Shown here in pieces: positions 1 to 13,826 of a stretch of DNA of 64,000 nt (position 1 is its first letter; the number at the start of each line of letters is the position of its first letter). The DNA lies in contig NW_018406620.1 of NCBI RefSeq assembly GCF_002113885.1, forward strand, positions 354,310-418,309, written 5' to 3'. Below the pieces are notes generated by a model. The model had not been told where the DNA came from. It saw only the letters and a list, made by a program, of their open reading frames with translations, and did not search any database. Origin of the DNA: Mizuhopecten yessoensis. Taxonomy: Eukaryota. Both the position numbers and the translations under genes were made by a program.

Positions 1-625
1 AAACAACATACAAAGAAACAGCATACAAAGAAAAAACAAGGAAACAGCATACAAGGAAACAACATACAAAGAAACAGCATACAAAGAAACAACATACAAA
101 GAAACAGCATACAAAAAACAACATACAAAGCAACAACATACAAAAAACAACATACAAAGAAACAGCATACAAAGAAACAGCATACAAAGAAACAGCATAC
201 AAAGAAACAACATACAAAGAAACAACATACAAAGAAACAGCATACAAAAAACAACATACAAAGAAACAACATACAAAACAACAACATACAAAAAACAACA
301 TACAAAGAAACAGCATACAAAGCAACAACATACAAAGAAACAACATACAAAGAAACAACATACAAAGAAACAACATACAAAAAACAACATACAAAGAAAC
401 AGCATACAAAAAACAACATGCAAAGAAACAGCATACAAAAAACAGCATACAAAGAACATACAAAGAAACAGCATACAAAAAACAACACACAAAGAAACAG
501 CATACAAAGAAACAGCATACAAAGATACAACATACAAAGAAACAACATACAAAGAAACAACATACAAAGAAACAGCATACAAAAAACAACATACAAAGAA
601 ACAACATACAAAGAAACAGCATGCA
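1..625. repeat. 15-bp tandem satellite (AAACARCATACAAAG)n, running off the left edge of the window
   Basis: About 40 near-identical 15-bp units are directly visible. ORF 418..675 is only the repeat translated. Confidence 0.97.
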
Positions 626-1197
626 AGATTGGTTTGGGTGAACTTCAGACCATGATTTATAAGCGCATTAAATAATTATATTAATTTATTAAACAGTAAA
701 ATAACAATAATTCATTATCATTATTTTGTAGTTTAAACTTAAACTATGGTCCTCCAAATCACCCAAATCAACATGTAGTGATAGTAATGCTACATATGTA
801 TTTATATATATAATATAGAAATTAGTCGGAGATAGACTTCATGATACTGTACATAGTTATTAAATATCAGCGGTTTGATATTCCATATATGCGACGAGAG
901 CAAAAGCAAGCTGCAAACAGGTTAATTTACAGAGCGTGACATCATTATCAGTCACTCTGTGGTAATATATACAGAAATAAAATGCCTGCTGCCGCTTCGC
1001 CAGAGAATTCGAAAGTGATGAGATGTTAGCTTGGGGGACAGCATGTTGGCCATGGGGGTTCTCTTCCGTAGGGAGTAAACATTTAATTGGTCAGCTGCTG
1101 GCTCTTGTGCCCTGCTGACATGACATCTATTGGTCAGTTTGACCAGTCATGGTCAAGTCATACTTGAGGACCTAAGGACAGACCTATATGATTTATA

Positions 1198-2112
1198 ACT
1201 GTAACCTGATAACACAAAGAAAGCTGACCACAGTATTGGTCCTGCAACCTGATTAACACAAAGAAAGCTGACCACTGTATTGGTCCTGTAACCTGATAAC
1301 ACAAAGAAAGCTGACCACTGTATTGGTTCTGTAACCTGATAAAACAAAGAAAGCTGACAACTGTATTGGTTCTGTAACCTGATAACACAAAGAAAGCTGA
1401 CCACTGTATTGGTCCTGTAACCTGATAACACAAAGAAAGCTGACCACAGTATTGGTCCTGCAACCTGATTAACACAAAGAAAGCTTACCACTGTATTGGT
1501 CCTGTAACCTGATAACACAAAGAAAGCTGACCACTAGATTGGTCCTGTAACCTGATAATACAAAGAAAGCTGACCACTGTATTCGTCCTGTAACCTGATA
1601 ACACAAAGAAAGCTGACTACTGTATTGGTCCTGTAATCTGATAACACAAAGAAAGCTGACCACTGTATTGGTCCGGTAACCTGATAACACAAAGAAAGCT
1701 GACCACTGTATTGGTCCGGTAACCTGATAACACAAAGAAAGCTGACCACTGTCTTGGTCCTGTAACCTGATAACACAAAGAAAGCTGACCACAGTATTGG
1801 TCCTGCAACCTGATTAACACAAAGAAAGCTGACCACTGTATTGGTCCGGTAACCTGATAACACAAAGAAAGCTGACTACTGTATTGGTCCTGTAACCTGA
1901 TAAAACAAAGAAAGCTGACAACTGTATTGGTTCTGTAACCTGATAACACAAAGAAAGCTGACCACTGTCTTGGTCCTGTAACCTGATAACACAAAGAAAG
2001 CTGACAACTGTATTGGATCTGTAACCTGATAACACAAAGAAAGCCGACCACTGTATTGGTCCTGTAACCTGATAACACAAAGAAAGCTGACCACTGTATT
2101 GGTCTGGTAACC
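1198..2112. repeat. 43/44-bp minisatellite, about 21 copies
   Basis: Unit GTAACCTGATAACACAAAGAAAGCTGACCACTGTATTGGTCCT repeated head to tail with no spacers. It generates the overlapping minus-strand ORFs. Confidence 0.97.
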
Positions 2113-2439
2113 AATTGTTGGATTATCTATATACAAGCTATACATTTTATCAAATCAAATTGCCTACCAATCGAAATATTAATAACTTTATATTCTCGAA
2201 TAAAAGCTAGCTAGGTCAAGTCTCTCTCAACACGAGACATCACCAAAGAGGAGATAAAAAGAATAACGTGTTTGTTGTAATTTTCACTAGTACAATAGAT
2301 AACAGAAATGAGTTCTTTGATGTGTGGAATCTTCATCTTAACCCTGACAACGTTATCTACGTTTTGGTATGTCAAGATCTACCTCGTGCCGAATTCAGAG
2401 GCAATCATTCAACGTCACATGATCCATTTACTATACAAT

Positions 2440-2870
2440 AAATATTGCCTATGGACGTCATGATGATATTGCACAACTCGTCCTGTGTTGGTGACAGCTT
2501 TGTCAATGATTCCCCATCAAATTTTATGTCAGCAATCATATTATTTTCAGCAGTAGAGTTCACGTCCGACATATTTTTCTGATCAAGCTAATTTTATTCA
2601 GAAAGTAATCACTGAACTTGTTTAACAAGTCTTTTTTTCAAAATTACAGCTTGGTAGGACAATTTCACCTTTCTGACCCATTAAGTTTTTGGTGAGTCTA
2701 AAAAGCTGTCTATGGTCTTTATTACATGCACATGCATTCTTCAATTCTTTCGAAATAATAAGCCTTCTTTGACTGAATGAGAAGTGAACCAACTAGCCGA
2801 CATTGTTCCCTGTAAAGCTGTTGGTGAACGGTTAATTTGGTCCTTCGTCACTGTTTCTCTGCATTTCTAC
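2440..2870 (-). mobile_element. Degenerate LINE (L2/CR1-group) ORF2 fragment, endonuclease-RT linker
   Basis: Minus-strand translation with frameshifts gives QQLYREQCRLVGSLLIQSK..YYFERIEE..DHRQLFRLTKNLMGQKGEIVLP..NKFSDYFLNKISLIRK, which resembles the L2/CR1 linker. Confidence 0.55.
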
Positions 2871-4229
2871 GGTTCTATTTTTCTACGCGGATATTTTCAT
2901 TTCATTTTCATATTTTCGGGCACCGAGCGACAGTTTAAGGACACTAAATTCAGAGGAATAAATGACTTACATCGACTAGCTGTTGTTTGCTTGACGACAT
3001 GTAGATTCTCGTACGATACTGATGATGTCGGAACCCGTGTTGAAATATCCTAACGGATTAATATAGGTGACCGGATTGCGTAACGGGTCACCGTAAACGT
3101 TTACCGGTTTGTCGCCTCACTGAATCTATGTGAACAAAATACATATGGTATGATTAAAAAATAAGGTTCACTTTATCATAACAAATTAAAAGTATCGGAT
3201 TTTGTTTGCATCTGATTTGCAGCTAAAGCATTCCAGTGCATACAAAATGTTAAACATACTCACTTGAGTTTAGAAAGCGGGTGACCTTCAACAAGGTGAG
3301 AGACATTACGACAGGTATTACATAATATGATGTAAAATGCGTTTAATTTTCCGCAACACCTATCACAGTCTCACTAATTTTTGAACGATGGTTTGTTTAT
3401 ATGTCTCTTCTCGAATCCTTTTCTGGTCTTTTTTTAGTTTCAAGTTACTATATTTCATTGTTTATCAAATATTTTTGCTCTCCTGCCTCGAAGTGTCTGT
3501 AATGCTATGCTGTGGTATTGTACATCAGTTGTCTATCAACTAATTTTACGTACCACCTGTGCCAAGTAGTCTTAATATTTGACCAGCAGATACCTTGAAC
3601 GGTTTCAGCACACTTGACTCACTTTTAAGGTAATTGGTACGGGTACATGTTAAACGTTTCAAACAACATTATATAACAAAAACACTACTATAAAGACCAG
3701 AAGTGGTGCATTTATTTATATGGACAAAACCTTGAACATTTAGTCCAATATTTATAGCATAGAAACAAGAAGTTATAAAATGTATGTTTTATATGTTTTA
3801 GGGGTTAAGATCGACTTTCGGTAAAAAGCAATAAATTATATAATAAGATATGAATAAATAGATAGATAGATAAATCAACCAATACATACAAGGCATGTAG
3901 TACATTGAACTACTACTCATTTGAAATCATGTCAGCTCATATATTACATGTACACTTAGGTAACTTAAGACACCACGGACAAAATCCATCCCTTATTGAG
4001 AGTTGGGGCGAGATATCGTGCCGGATGAGAAAACGTTTCACCTATGCCCATGTTTTGCACGATTTCTCACCCGGGTGAGAAATCGTATTAGGGTGAGAAA
4101 TCGTGTTGCGACCGCAGCACTTTTAGAACGATGTCTCACCCGGATGAGAAATCGTGTCGGGGTGAGAAATCGTGCAGTAACAAGCCAGCTTTGTCAAGAT
4201 AAGCAGCAAAGTTACTCCGAAAAAACTCC

Positions 4230-4370
4230 TAAACACGTGGGTTGTGTCCGGGTACTCCGGTATCCTCACACAGTAAGACCTCCGCGCGCTTACATTCGGG
4301 CCAATAAGAGTGATTAGTATAAGTCGTAAAAGCTTGTTGCATGATTGTTGTAAAATAAATAAAGGTTATA
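4230..4370 (+). mobile_element. 3' part of a tRNA-derived SINE with V-domain-like core
   Basis: GTGGGTTGTGTCCGGGTACTCCGGTATCCTC core followed by an AATAAA/A-rich tail. The same core occurs at 18340 and 23063. Confidence 0.55.
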
Positions 4371-4736
4371 GAAATATCTAGTATATTGGACGTGATCCAG
4401 CATGCTTTATACTCCCATCTGTGTCAGTTGTCGTGAAAAGCTTACCCCCACAATGCTACTATTTATTAGCTCTTTGTTGATGGGTCGTTAAGAATGGAAT
4501 GGTAATAACTAACCCCACACTTAAAATGTCAGATACATGGTACACAAAATAAACGAATACGTGTATTTTACATGAAGCTAACAACACTTAAAAACTAGGA
4601 CGCGTGACCGAGAAACAACTATTATATATTGTCAGACGCATCGAAAATAGCGGGAATCTTCACACACAGTTTAGAAATCCGATACTAGGAATTAAATAGT
4701 TCACTCAGCATTGTTAGGTAACCTTTACATAATCAA

Positions 4737-4921
4737 TCACTTGTACGCACATTGCAAAACAACCTAATCTGGAGCACGTTTTTGGAAATCCGGTTCTCGG
4801 ATTTGTTGTTACCTACCCACTCCTTGAATAGTACTACATTATTAAGGAACCTATCAATGCCCAAGCACTTCATGACTTTTACGGGCATTGCAAAAGTCTT
4901 CAAACCACAGCACAAGTCGCA
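4737..4921 (-). mobile_element. 3' half of the CORE-type SINE at 5130-5505, inverted copy
   Basis: Reverse complement of 5318-5503 over about 185 bp. Confidence 0.75.
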
Positions 4922-5129
4922 TAAACGTAAGTGAATGTTGTTTACCTTGTTAAGAATATATACTACTTCTAGCATTGTTTTTGTATCTTTGTTCATTTCT
5001 TTTTATCTCATTCATTACAGCTTATATACTGCACATACAACTTTTCAATGTTCCATTTCAGATACGTTTTATCTTAAAACGGATTATGAAATATTGTGAC
5101 TAATCTTTAACAATATACATACATAACTC

Positions 5130-5505
5130 GGGAGGCACGGCAGTCTAGTGGTAGGACGCCAGGCTCGTGAACGAAGGGTTGCGGGTTCGCGTCACAGCAC
5201 GGCACGGCAATGTGTTGTATCCTTGAGCAAGATACTTTAAAGATACTTTACTCAACTTGACCCAGTCTACTCAGCTGTAAATGAGTACGTGGTTGGGATG
5301 TGCTAGAATTATTGAATGCGACTTGTGCTGTGGTTTGAAGACTTTTGCAATGTCCGTAAAAATCATGAAGTGGTTGGTCATTTATAGGTTCCTTAATAAT
5401 GCAGAACTATTCAAGGAGTGGGTAGGTGAACAACAAATCCGAGAATCGGATTTCCGAAAACGTGCTCCAGATTAGGTTGTTTTGCAATGTTCGTAAACGT
5501 GACAT
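5130..5505 (+). mobile_element. tRNA-derived CORE-type SINE
   Basis: A-box-like GGCAGTCTAGTGG and B-box-like GGTTCGCGTC, then a CORE-like TGTATCCTTGAGCAAGATACT...CTCAGCTGTAAATGAGTAC, then a 3' tail shared with 4737-4921. Confidence 0.7.
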
Positions 5506-6266
5506 TTATCAAATTATCTGTTGTTACTTTGCTATTACCTTGTTACGAAACTGTAATTATGTTGTTTCTGTTCATTTTCCACCCTTGTTATGATGACCTA
5601 TGTCCTTATAAGAGCGAAGCTCTCGGATGCCATAGGCACCCGAGCGGAGCTCTTTACCGGTAACATGTGCGTGTAAATAGATCTGTTCCAACCAAACTGA
5701 TTCTATCACTGAATCGTACAGCTACAGCCTAGAAACATTTCGTACTTCCGGTGACCTCTTCCGGTTCATGGAGCCCGTAAATATGCATAATCGAATAATA
5801 GAGCGACATGTAACGTAGCAGGAAAATTATGTATTCGAAACAACGAATTTTTCAAAAAATATTGACCATATTCAATACACTGGATGTGTTTATTTTCGCG
5901 ATTTCTTTCCTTTTGTATCGAAAACAGAAATGATTGGCAGGGTCATCAAAAAACTTTCATGAATGTCATAAGCAAATCGCGTCGAAGAGTGCGTAAGAAT
6001 GTGATTAGTTGACAATCGGCTAGTATGAGATGTTCGGAATTTACACACAGTTATTCTATTTTGTTTCACTTAATATGGTCTAAAACTCAAATTGAGATTT
6101 GAGTATTGCGTTCGTTTGATCACGTCATGAATTTCCTGTTTCTGTACAGCAATGTTGAATAAACTGGTCAATTAAAACATATATTTAAAAGGCATTCGAT
6201 ACTGTTTTGCACAAAACATATTTCCGTATCATTGAGATGGACTGAAAACATAACGGAGAGAGATCT

Positions 6267-7500
6267 TTACCTTTGACCCTGCTTTACCCCAATGTTACAG
6301 AAATCGGATTTACTATTCATGTTTGTAACCTTCGATTTTGTATTCGTGTAAATGTTATATATAACGTGAAAGATTTGTCCTGTAATGTTACTTTTTATTA
6401 CATTTGCCCATAAACCTAACTCCACGGCGGTGTCAAATGCTTTGAATATTACAATATATTTCATATTTATTTAAGACAAAATAATACAATAGCAAAATCA
6501 AAACAATGGATAATTACATACATGTCACAAAAAATGGATATATGATTTTGGACATATGGTAAGGTTTGCGTACATTATACAATAAAATTCTCCCTATCGG
6601 TTATATAAGCATGTGATTAATAAAGAAAGTGTCGTAAATAATTTTGTAGTTAGTAATTAAACATATTGATATACAGAGTTACTTTCAAATCAGATGCTGC
6701 AAATTGTTAACATTTTATAGACATTTACCACAGAAGTAATTCTAAATTCTTCCAATTCATTATTTTCTAACCTGAAGTTAACTTCGTCTCCAATCAGATG
6801 ATACATAATTTCATCTTCAGATAGTGAATGTATGTCGTGTATATTGTCTATATCCATCCATAGCTTATCTCTAATAGTACTCGTAAACTCATCTTAATAC
6901 AACATATTCTGTATGATCTTGGTAGAGCATACCACACTTGTGACAAAGTTTTGTAGTTCTACTATTTCTTATTATTACAAGTAGGTTCATTATAAAATGT
7001 TTCTTATATCTGTATCAAGGGTATTATTTTATAACAACCATAGACAGTGCGGTTGTAATTAACTTATCATGGATATTTTTTAATTTGCTAAAATCATAGT
7101 CATTTGAAATACGTTCTCTAAAATCATTTTCCTGTTTGGTTAAAACAGACACTTTCACAATAGTTTTCTAGTTCATCTTATCAGGAAAATTACAATTATC
7201 CATAAATTCATGCACATATTTGTTCAGACTATACTTCTGAATTATTCTTAATAAATCTGGAGAGAAACTCTGCTTTTTAATCAAACAATTTGTATCCATC
7301 AATAGAACTGCTGTAATCAATAGATTCAAAAAGATCTTAAATGATAACGTGTTCCTGCCCATTCTACATAGTCTTCCAAAAAATAGTAATTTATTGACAA
7401 CAACAATACTTTCTATGTATGACAATTACTTTTTATTACATTTGCCCATACACATATCTTCACGGCAGTGTCAAATGCTTTACGGAAATCAACATCTGAA
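6267..7500 (-). mobile_element. Old fragmented LINE RT remnants
   Basis: The minus-strand KAFDTAV motif occurs twice (about 6430 and 7470), with GLW...GVKQG (ORF 6267..6464) and a C-terminal LLFFGRLC segment. Many stops and frameshifts. Confidence 0.65.
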
Positions 7501-7514
7501 CAGAAAACTTTTTT

Positions 7515-8460
7515 TACCGAGGGAGCTATTTCATCAAAAGTCTCGGTAACATCAGATATACCCCAGGGCTCGGTCCTCGGCCCAATTTTATTTTTAATTT
7601 ATATTAATGACTTGCCACTAAATATAACATCAACAGTGCGTCTCTTCGCAGACGACACTGCCATCTACCTAGTGGTAAGTAAACTACAAGATGCATACAG
7701 ACTCCAAAAAGACCTTGACAGATTACAGTTATGGGAAAAACAGTGGGATATGGAATTTAACCCGAGCAAGTGCCAGGTAATACACATATCCAGGTCAAAG
7801 ACGCAAATCCCCACAGAGTATATGCTACACGGACAAGTACTCGAAACTATTCCACATGCAAAATACCTTGGTGTCACCATATCATCAAACCTGACCTGGA
7901 ATAAACACATCCAAAATGTAAGTAGCCAAGCCAACAGAACTTTAGGATATATAAAAAGAAACATCAAGGTGAAAGACAAAAAGGTAAAGGCTGCAGCGTA
8001 CACGGCACTGGTTCGCCCTAAATTAGAATATTCTGCCTGTGTCTGGGACCCATACACCCAAGATCAAAGTAAACAACTAGAAATGGTCCAGCGCAGAGCA
8101 GCTAGGTGGGTGTCTGGCAAATTTTCCCCTCTGGACAGTGTAACAGACATGTTAGGGAGTCTGGGTTGGCAAACATTAGCACACAGAAGATCCAAAAGCA
8201 GACTGTGTTTATTTTATAAAATAGTCTACCAGACAGTAGCAATCCAAATGCCACCATATGTAGTCCACCCAACGAGACTATCAAGAAATGCCCACCCCCT
8301 ATCTTTTCGGCAAATCCCTACCAATAAGGACTTTTACAAATACTCTTTCTTCCCCCTAACCATAGTCCAATGGAACGCCCTCCCGTTAGGAGCTTGCAGC
8401 AGTCCATCACTTGACACCTTCAAGAAGGCAATCAGTGATACTCCCTTTGTTAGGCCATAG
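7515..8460 (+). mobile_element. 5'-truncated CR1/L2-group LINE, C-terminal half of reverse transcriptase (open frame)
   Basis: PQGSVLGP, YINDLP, LFADD, FNPSKC, KYLGV, LVRPKLEY, VQRRAAR and SFFP..WNALP motifs lie uninterrupted in ORF 7468..8460. The first 15 aa or so come from the flanking antisense LINE. Confidence 0.92.
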
Positions 8461-8692
8461 ACTATGTCAGCATATTTTTAACTTCACCCTCCCCCGTCCC
8501 CCTCACCCCCTGTCATCATAGTTCACCTACCCGAATACACTATTTCTGGCTCTGTATTGGAAAGAGTTCCTAAAGGTGGCCAGAGTTGATATGACCAACA
8601 CCGAATCAGAACTCTTTCCAAATACAGCTCAGTTGGAGTGTATGTTACTATATATTAGGTAAACAATCTTCAAACTATTATTATCACCCCCC

Positions 8693-8876
8693 NNNNNNNN
8701 NNNNNNNNNNNNNNNNNNNNNNNNNNNNNNNNNNNNNNNNNNNNNNNNNNNNNNNNNNNNNNNNNNNNNNNNNNNNNNNNNNNNNNNNNNNNNNNNNNNN
8801 NNNNNNNNNNNNNNNNNNNNNNNNNNNNNNNNNNNNNNNNNNNNNNNNNNNNNNNNNNNNNNNNNNNNNNNNNNNN
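8693..8876. other. Assembly gap (N run)
   Basis: Run of N bases. Confidence 1.
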
Positions 8877-11129
8877 ACTCAAAGTCCATAATAGATCCGC
8901 TATTTTGTACAACAGGAGCTATCAACATCCGTAGAGGTTCCATAAAATATGCCCTTGTATGGGCAGTAGCAGGTCTAAACTTATAGACGTTTCTTAGCAC
9001 CAAATACTCTCTCATCACACTTTTCTTTCTTTCCTCTCCCTCTGCCTTATGCATGCACCAGTCCGCACCTTAAAATTTCTATCTCGGTCACCACACAATA
9101 CCTTTTAAAATGCACAGACGCGCACGCTGCACATAATACTCGAAAGAGGGTGATGCAGAATATATAGATAGATAGATAGATAGATAGATAGGGAAAATAA
9201 CCGGATATAAGTGCATGCAAGATATTTTCTGTTGTAGAAAAACCTATCCTATTTCTAAATTCATCTAAATAACAGTGTTGAGTGCGTTTTAAGTATTCGT
9301 TTATGATACCATCAATATCCGGTGCTTTGTTATTACTAAGATTATACACGGAGTTTATAAGTTTATAAGGAGTTTAAGAATTTACAAGGAGAAGGCAACA
9401 GAGGCACGGGAAGTGATGAACATTAGAAAAGCAGAGTGTTTTGAATAGTGGACAGTGTTACTGGTGCCGCCTGTGTCGGAGAAGATCACTACCACGATCT
9501 CAAATTAAATATCTTCAAGCTATGACCTCCCCCCTCCCATTTCATTATGTTATAGGGAAAGGGCTTTACATAAGTTGGACAACTTGTGCCCGATCCCTTT
9601 TGTATATTAGATGCAAATAAAAATATGTTTAAATCAAAACTAAGATTACAATTTTTATCAAGTAATTAATGTATTATGTATACAGTTTTTATTTAGTACT
9701 AATCACGACAATGCAAAACAAACGCGCCAGTACAGTCGCGTTCTTCCGGCACAGGCAAGTACGAGTACATTCTGTGATGTAAGCTGACAGCTCCAATCGC
9801 AACTTCTCGGCCAATTCCGGCTAGGCGCGGAATGCTGACAGCTCCTATAGATGTTAAAAAATCGGGGTTCCCGGAAGTAAAATTGATATACTCTAAATTG
9901 AAAACGTTAATACGGACGACCCGGATATATTTTCCAATATCTAATGTAGTTTTTTTCTGGTTTATAGTCTGCATTTATTATACATTTGGCTTCAAACTGT
10001 ATGCATATAATGTTTTAACTAAACGATTATGGTGAACTGCATTTTATCGTCTTATAAATAATACATGTATGTCCGGATTCGTTTTAAAATTTATAACACA
10101 CTAGGTCAGATTCAAGAACGTGATAAACGACAGGGAAAAACAGGTGGGTTTTGTTTAGTGGCAATGCCTTTTATTAGGAACATGTAAAAAGAATTGCATA
10201 GCTTAAATGAAACACTTCAAATGGTCCAGGAATCGGTGCCAAATAAATATGAAACCAGTCCGCTGAAACTTGCGAGAGCTAGCTGCGATAACGTAGCTAT
10301 CCTCGGGTTACCGGTTTCCGCGCACTAAGAGGTATCCGCGATTTCGTACTCATATCGGCAGAAAACTGTTGAAATTACGGATGACAGTCATAAACATGTA
10401 TACAATCTACTAATGGAAACAAAAAACTAGCAACATAAAACTGTATTTTAAAAAAATCAGAACAAACAAAATTTCTCCCGTCGGAAGTAGCCATCATATG
10501 TTTCAGCGTGCTATTTTGATTTAGTGTTTAAAGAAAGATAACTTGAATACATTAAAAGTCTACAGTGACCTGCGAAAGAACAAAAGCTTCGTTTGGAATA
10601 CATTTTTTTTATCTTTGATCGTCAAATTAATTATCAAAACATTTTTTTTTTAAATTTCACATTTTTAATTGATTTTTCAAGATGTCAAATTGAATGAATT
10701 CATATAATTTTATAAATTTATTTATTATATGAGTTATATTTTAGTATCTGTTATTTTATTTTCTGCAGTCTTATATTGTTTTTGGTTGATGGTAAGTTAT
10801 TTCTCATTTTGTTCTGTTTAAAATTGGTGAAAATTGGAAGTTCATTGCATTACAAGGTTTACGTTTCATTGAAAACACTGTTTATCGATATAAGAATGTC
10901 TCCTTGGCTCTTCGGAAGTGGAAAAAAATCAGCGAGGAGATGTGGCCTCATTTGCATAGGACGTTTTCGTACATTTGTCAGACTACAAAAAAGACCGGTT
11001 CATGAATAAAATATATCACTGTTTTTTCAGTTATGGGCTCATTTTAAGCAAGATAAAAAGTGCATTAAGCAAAACTGCATATTTATGCATGTTTTTTTAA
11101 TCAATGATTATTTCTTATGTTTTTCGGAC

Positions 11130-11396
11130 GAACTTCCGGTATTTTTTGTGTCGGTTTACAGACGATAGCCAAATGTCTACAATATATTTGTGTTGTATCC
11201 AGCAGGTCATGTAATAACGAGATATAGCTTGATAAAATGGCTGCGCCGAAATACATAACGCGCATAAACTAAATGACTAGACTAGGACGAACCCGGGCAG
11301 ATCGGTGTATGGCCGATGACATAAATTCAAAATGTGAATCAATCGTTAATGTTTCTATTTTTAATTAAGAATTAGATAACATTGATAAAGTGACAG
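11130..11396 (+). promoter_or_regulatory. Probable promoter and non-coding first exon of TMEM35-like gene 1
   Basis: ETS-like ACTTCCGGT (about 11132), YY1-like AAAATGGCTGCG (about 11234) and a strong donor CAG|GTAAGT at 11396/11397. A matching acceptor TTCCAG| at 13780 lies 46 nt before the ATG. Confidence 0.45.
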
Positions 11397-12499
11397 GTAA
11401 GTGTGTGCTGACTTGTTAACTGTTAAAGGGGAGACAACACCATTAGATGTTTTCTCCTCTTACTTAATTTATTAACACAGGAGCCTGAAATTCATCAAAA
11501 ATCGATAATAACAGCTATACAAAACAATTTTTTTTTATACATATAATATTCTTTTTTGTATTACTGTTATTATTAATTTTTGACAGAATTTCAGGCTCCT
11601 GTGATCATTATTGATTGCTAAGAGGAGGAAACATTGATTAATTTAAGTAAAGGGGTTGAACGCTATCACAAATGTACATTTAAGTGCAGATTGTTTTATT
11701 ATAATAATGATACCTTTATAGAAGCTACAGAAGTAGATAGGAACTGCCTCATGTCTATTATTACCATAAATACCATGCACAAAGCTTTGCTGTTCTCCTC
11801 AAAACAGAACTAAACAAATAAGTGGAGATAGCACAAATGCATTAAGCTGGGGCCTGTTAGTTTATATGGAACAACCGGTATGTCTCTTATTAAATAAAAA
11901 AAAAATCAGGTATAAATCCTGGCGGACCTGCAAAAGTTTATGCAAGGCTTTGTCAAGGCTCGCCTGACAGCAGAATCAGATTACTTTTGCTCCCTGCACC
12001 CTTGGAATATCTCATATCAAAATTGAAGGCATATGGCGAGCTATTAAATTGGTGTCGGGTAAGAAAACCTGACCATTTGATAGGCTGATAGCTATCCTTT
12101 GAAGATTACAGAGGAGCAACAACCAACTTTAGATCCTGTTAATTTTACCTTTATGCAACTGCAAGAATCTTTTCATGTACATCAAAGGATCAAACTAGTC
12201 AAATCTTGCCTCATCCAAAAGGAGGTGCACACTGCGCCTTTGATTTTGCTATGACATATTCCAAGGGTGCAGAGAGCGAAAGAGAGCATAACCCCTGGAG
12301 TATTGAGGATGGATGTTCAGTATCTTCATGTACTCGGATACATGAAGAATATATGAGAATCCGAAGGTAATATTTAACCTCTGGATTTCGTAACGGTTTT
12401 AGTTAGGATTAGGTCACCTCACTAGCAGGTCCAGAAATAGTCCAAAGTGGAATTTCAAATTAAGAAAAATGTCAAAACTACTTGACCTTCTGTTTGTAG

Positions 12500-13668
12500 T
12501 TTTTAGCTCACCTGGTCCGAAGGACCATGGTGAGCTTATGCCATACCGCAGCATCCATCGTCCGTCAAGTCCGTCGTCCATCCGTCAACTTTTCCTTTAA
12601 AACGCTCCTAGTCCTGAACGGCCTTGTAGATCTTGACTAAATTTGGTCTGGAGCATCCTTAGACCAAGGGGACTCAATTTATAAATGGTGGGTGTGACCC
12701 CCCTGGGGGCAGAGGGGCGGGGCCAAATAGGGGAAATAGAGGTAAAACCTTCAAAATCCTTCTCTTACCGTAGGGATTATCCTTATTTAGTCTAGAGCAT
12801 CCTTGGGCTAAGGGGACTCAATTTTGTATAAACCGTGGGTCTGGCCACCTCCCAGGGGCCTGATGGGCGGGGCCAAATAGGGGGAACCATAGCAAATTAT
12901 TCTTTGAAATCCTTCTTCTGTAAGAATGAAAGGATTTGGTCCATGTTTGGTGTGGAGCATCCTTGGGTAAAGGGGAACCAATTTTGTATAAAAGGTGGGT
13001 GTGGCCCCCCTGGGACCTGAAGGGCGGGTCCCAATAGGGGAAATAGAGGTAAAACCTTTATAATCCTTCTACCATAGGGATTTAGGGATTTTATCCTAAT
13101 TTAGTCTGGAGCATCCTTGGGCAAAAGGGACTCAATTTCGTATAAACAGCGAGTGTGGCCCCCCTGGGGGCAGAAGGGTGGGGCCCAATAGGGGAAACAT
13201 AGCAAATTCTTCAAATACCTTCTTCTTCTTTACAAATGACAAGATTTTGTCCAAATTTGGTATGAAGCATCCTTCGGTGACGGGGAACCAATTTTGTATA
13301 AACGGTGTGTCTAACTCCCCTTGAGGCAGAGAGGCTTGGTCCAATTTGGGAAATAGAGGTAAAACCTTTAAAATCCTTCTTCTACCATAGGGATTAAGGG
13401 ATTTTATCATTATTTAGTCTGGAGCATCCTTTGGCCAAGGGGACTCAATTTTGTATAAACGGTGGGTATGACATCCCCCCCCCCCTAGGGGCATGGGGGG
13501 GGGGGCTCTGTTTGAAGTTTGTTCTCGTTATATCTCAAGTTCTGGATAGATCTTTCTGAAATTTCATATGTACTTACAGCACCTACCATGGAGTGCTATA
13601 TCTTTACCTCATTCCATTTATTTTAAACATATTCAGGTGAGCGATACAGGCCCTCTGTGCCTCTTGTT
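12500..13668 (+). mobile_element. Non-autonomous Helentron/HINE-like element with internal ~155-bp satellite
   Basis: 5' TTTTAGCTCACCTGG..hairpin..GGTGAGCT plus (CGTC)n microsatellite; 3' CAGGTGAGCGAT..AGGCCC..GCCTCTTGTT hairpin; tandem GC-rich units in between. Confidence 0.8.
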
Positions 13669-13826
13669 TTCAATTATCAGGCCACTGGGATATATTTTTT
13701 GGCCCCAGATCGATGCTGGTGGAACCTTTCTGGATCCATTACTGTACCATATTATTGTATCGAACAATTTATCGTTCCAGGTCTCAGATTTATCAGTTTC
13801 TGCCATTCAACCTCCTTCCTGTAACC

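Noticed and set aside
1-2145. CRISPR-like arrays or repetitive protein ORFs
   Set aside because: Units are contiguous with no unique spacers and no cas genes; ORFs in all frames are translations of the repeats.
3018-3052. CTGATGA...GAAA as a second hammerhead
   Set aside because: No stem II complementarity between the two motifs.
5130-5210. tRNA genes (also 18235, 22965, 46820, 57380)
   Set aside because: Only degenerate A/B boxes, continuing into SINE cores; no intact cloverleaf.
7468-8460. A 330-aa cellular or domesticated RT gene
   Set aside because: It lacks the N-terminal RT subdomains and endonuclease, and the predicted GTG start lies in an older antisense LINE. It is an ordinary truncated retrotransposon.
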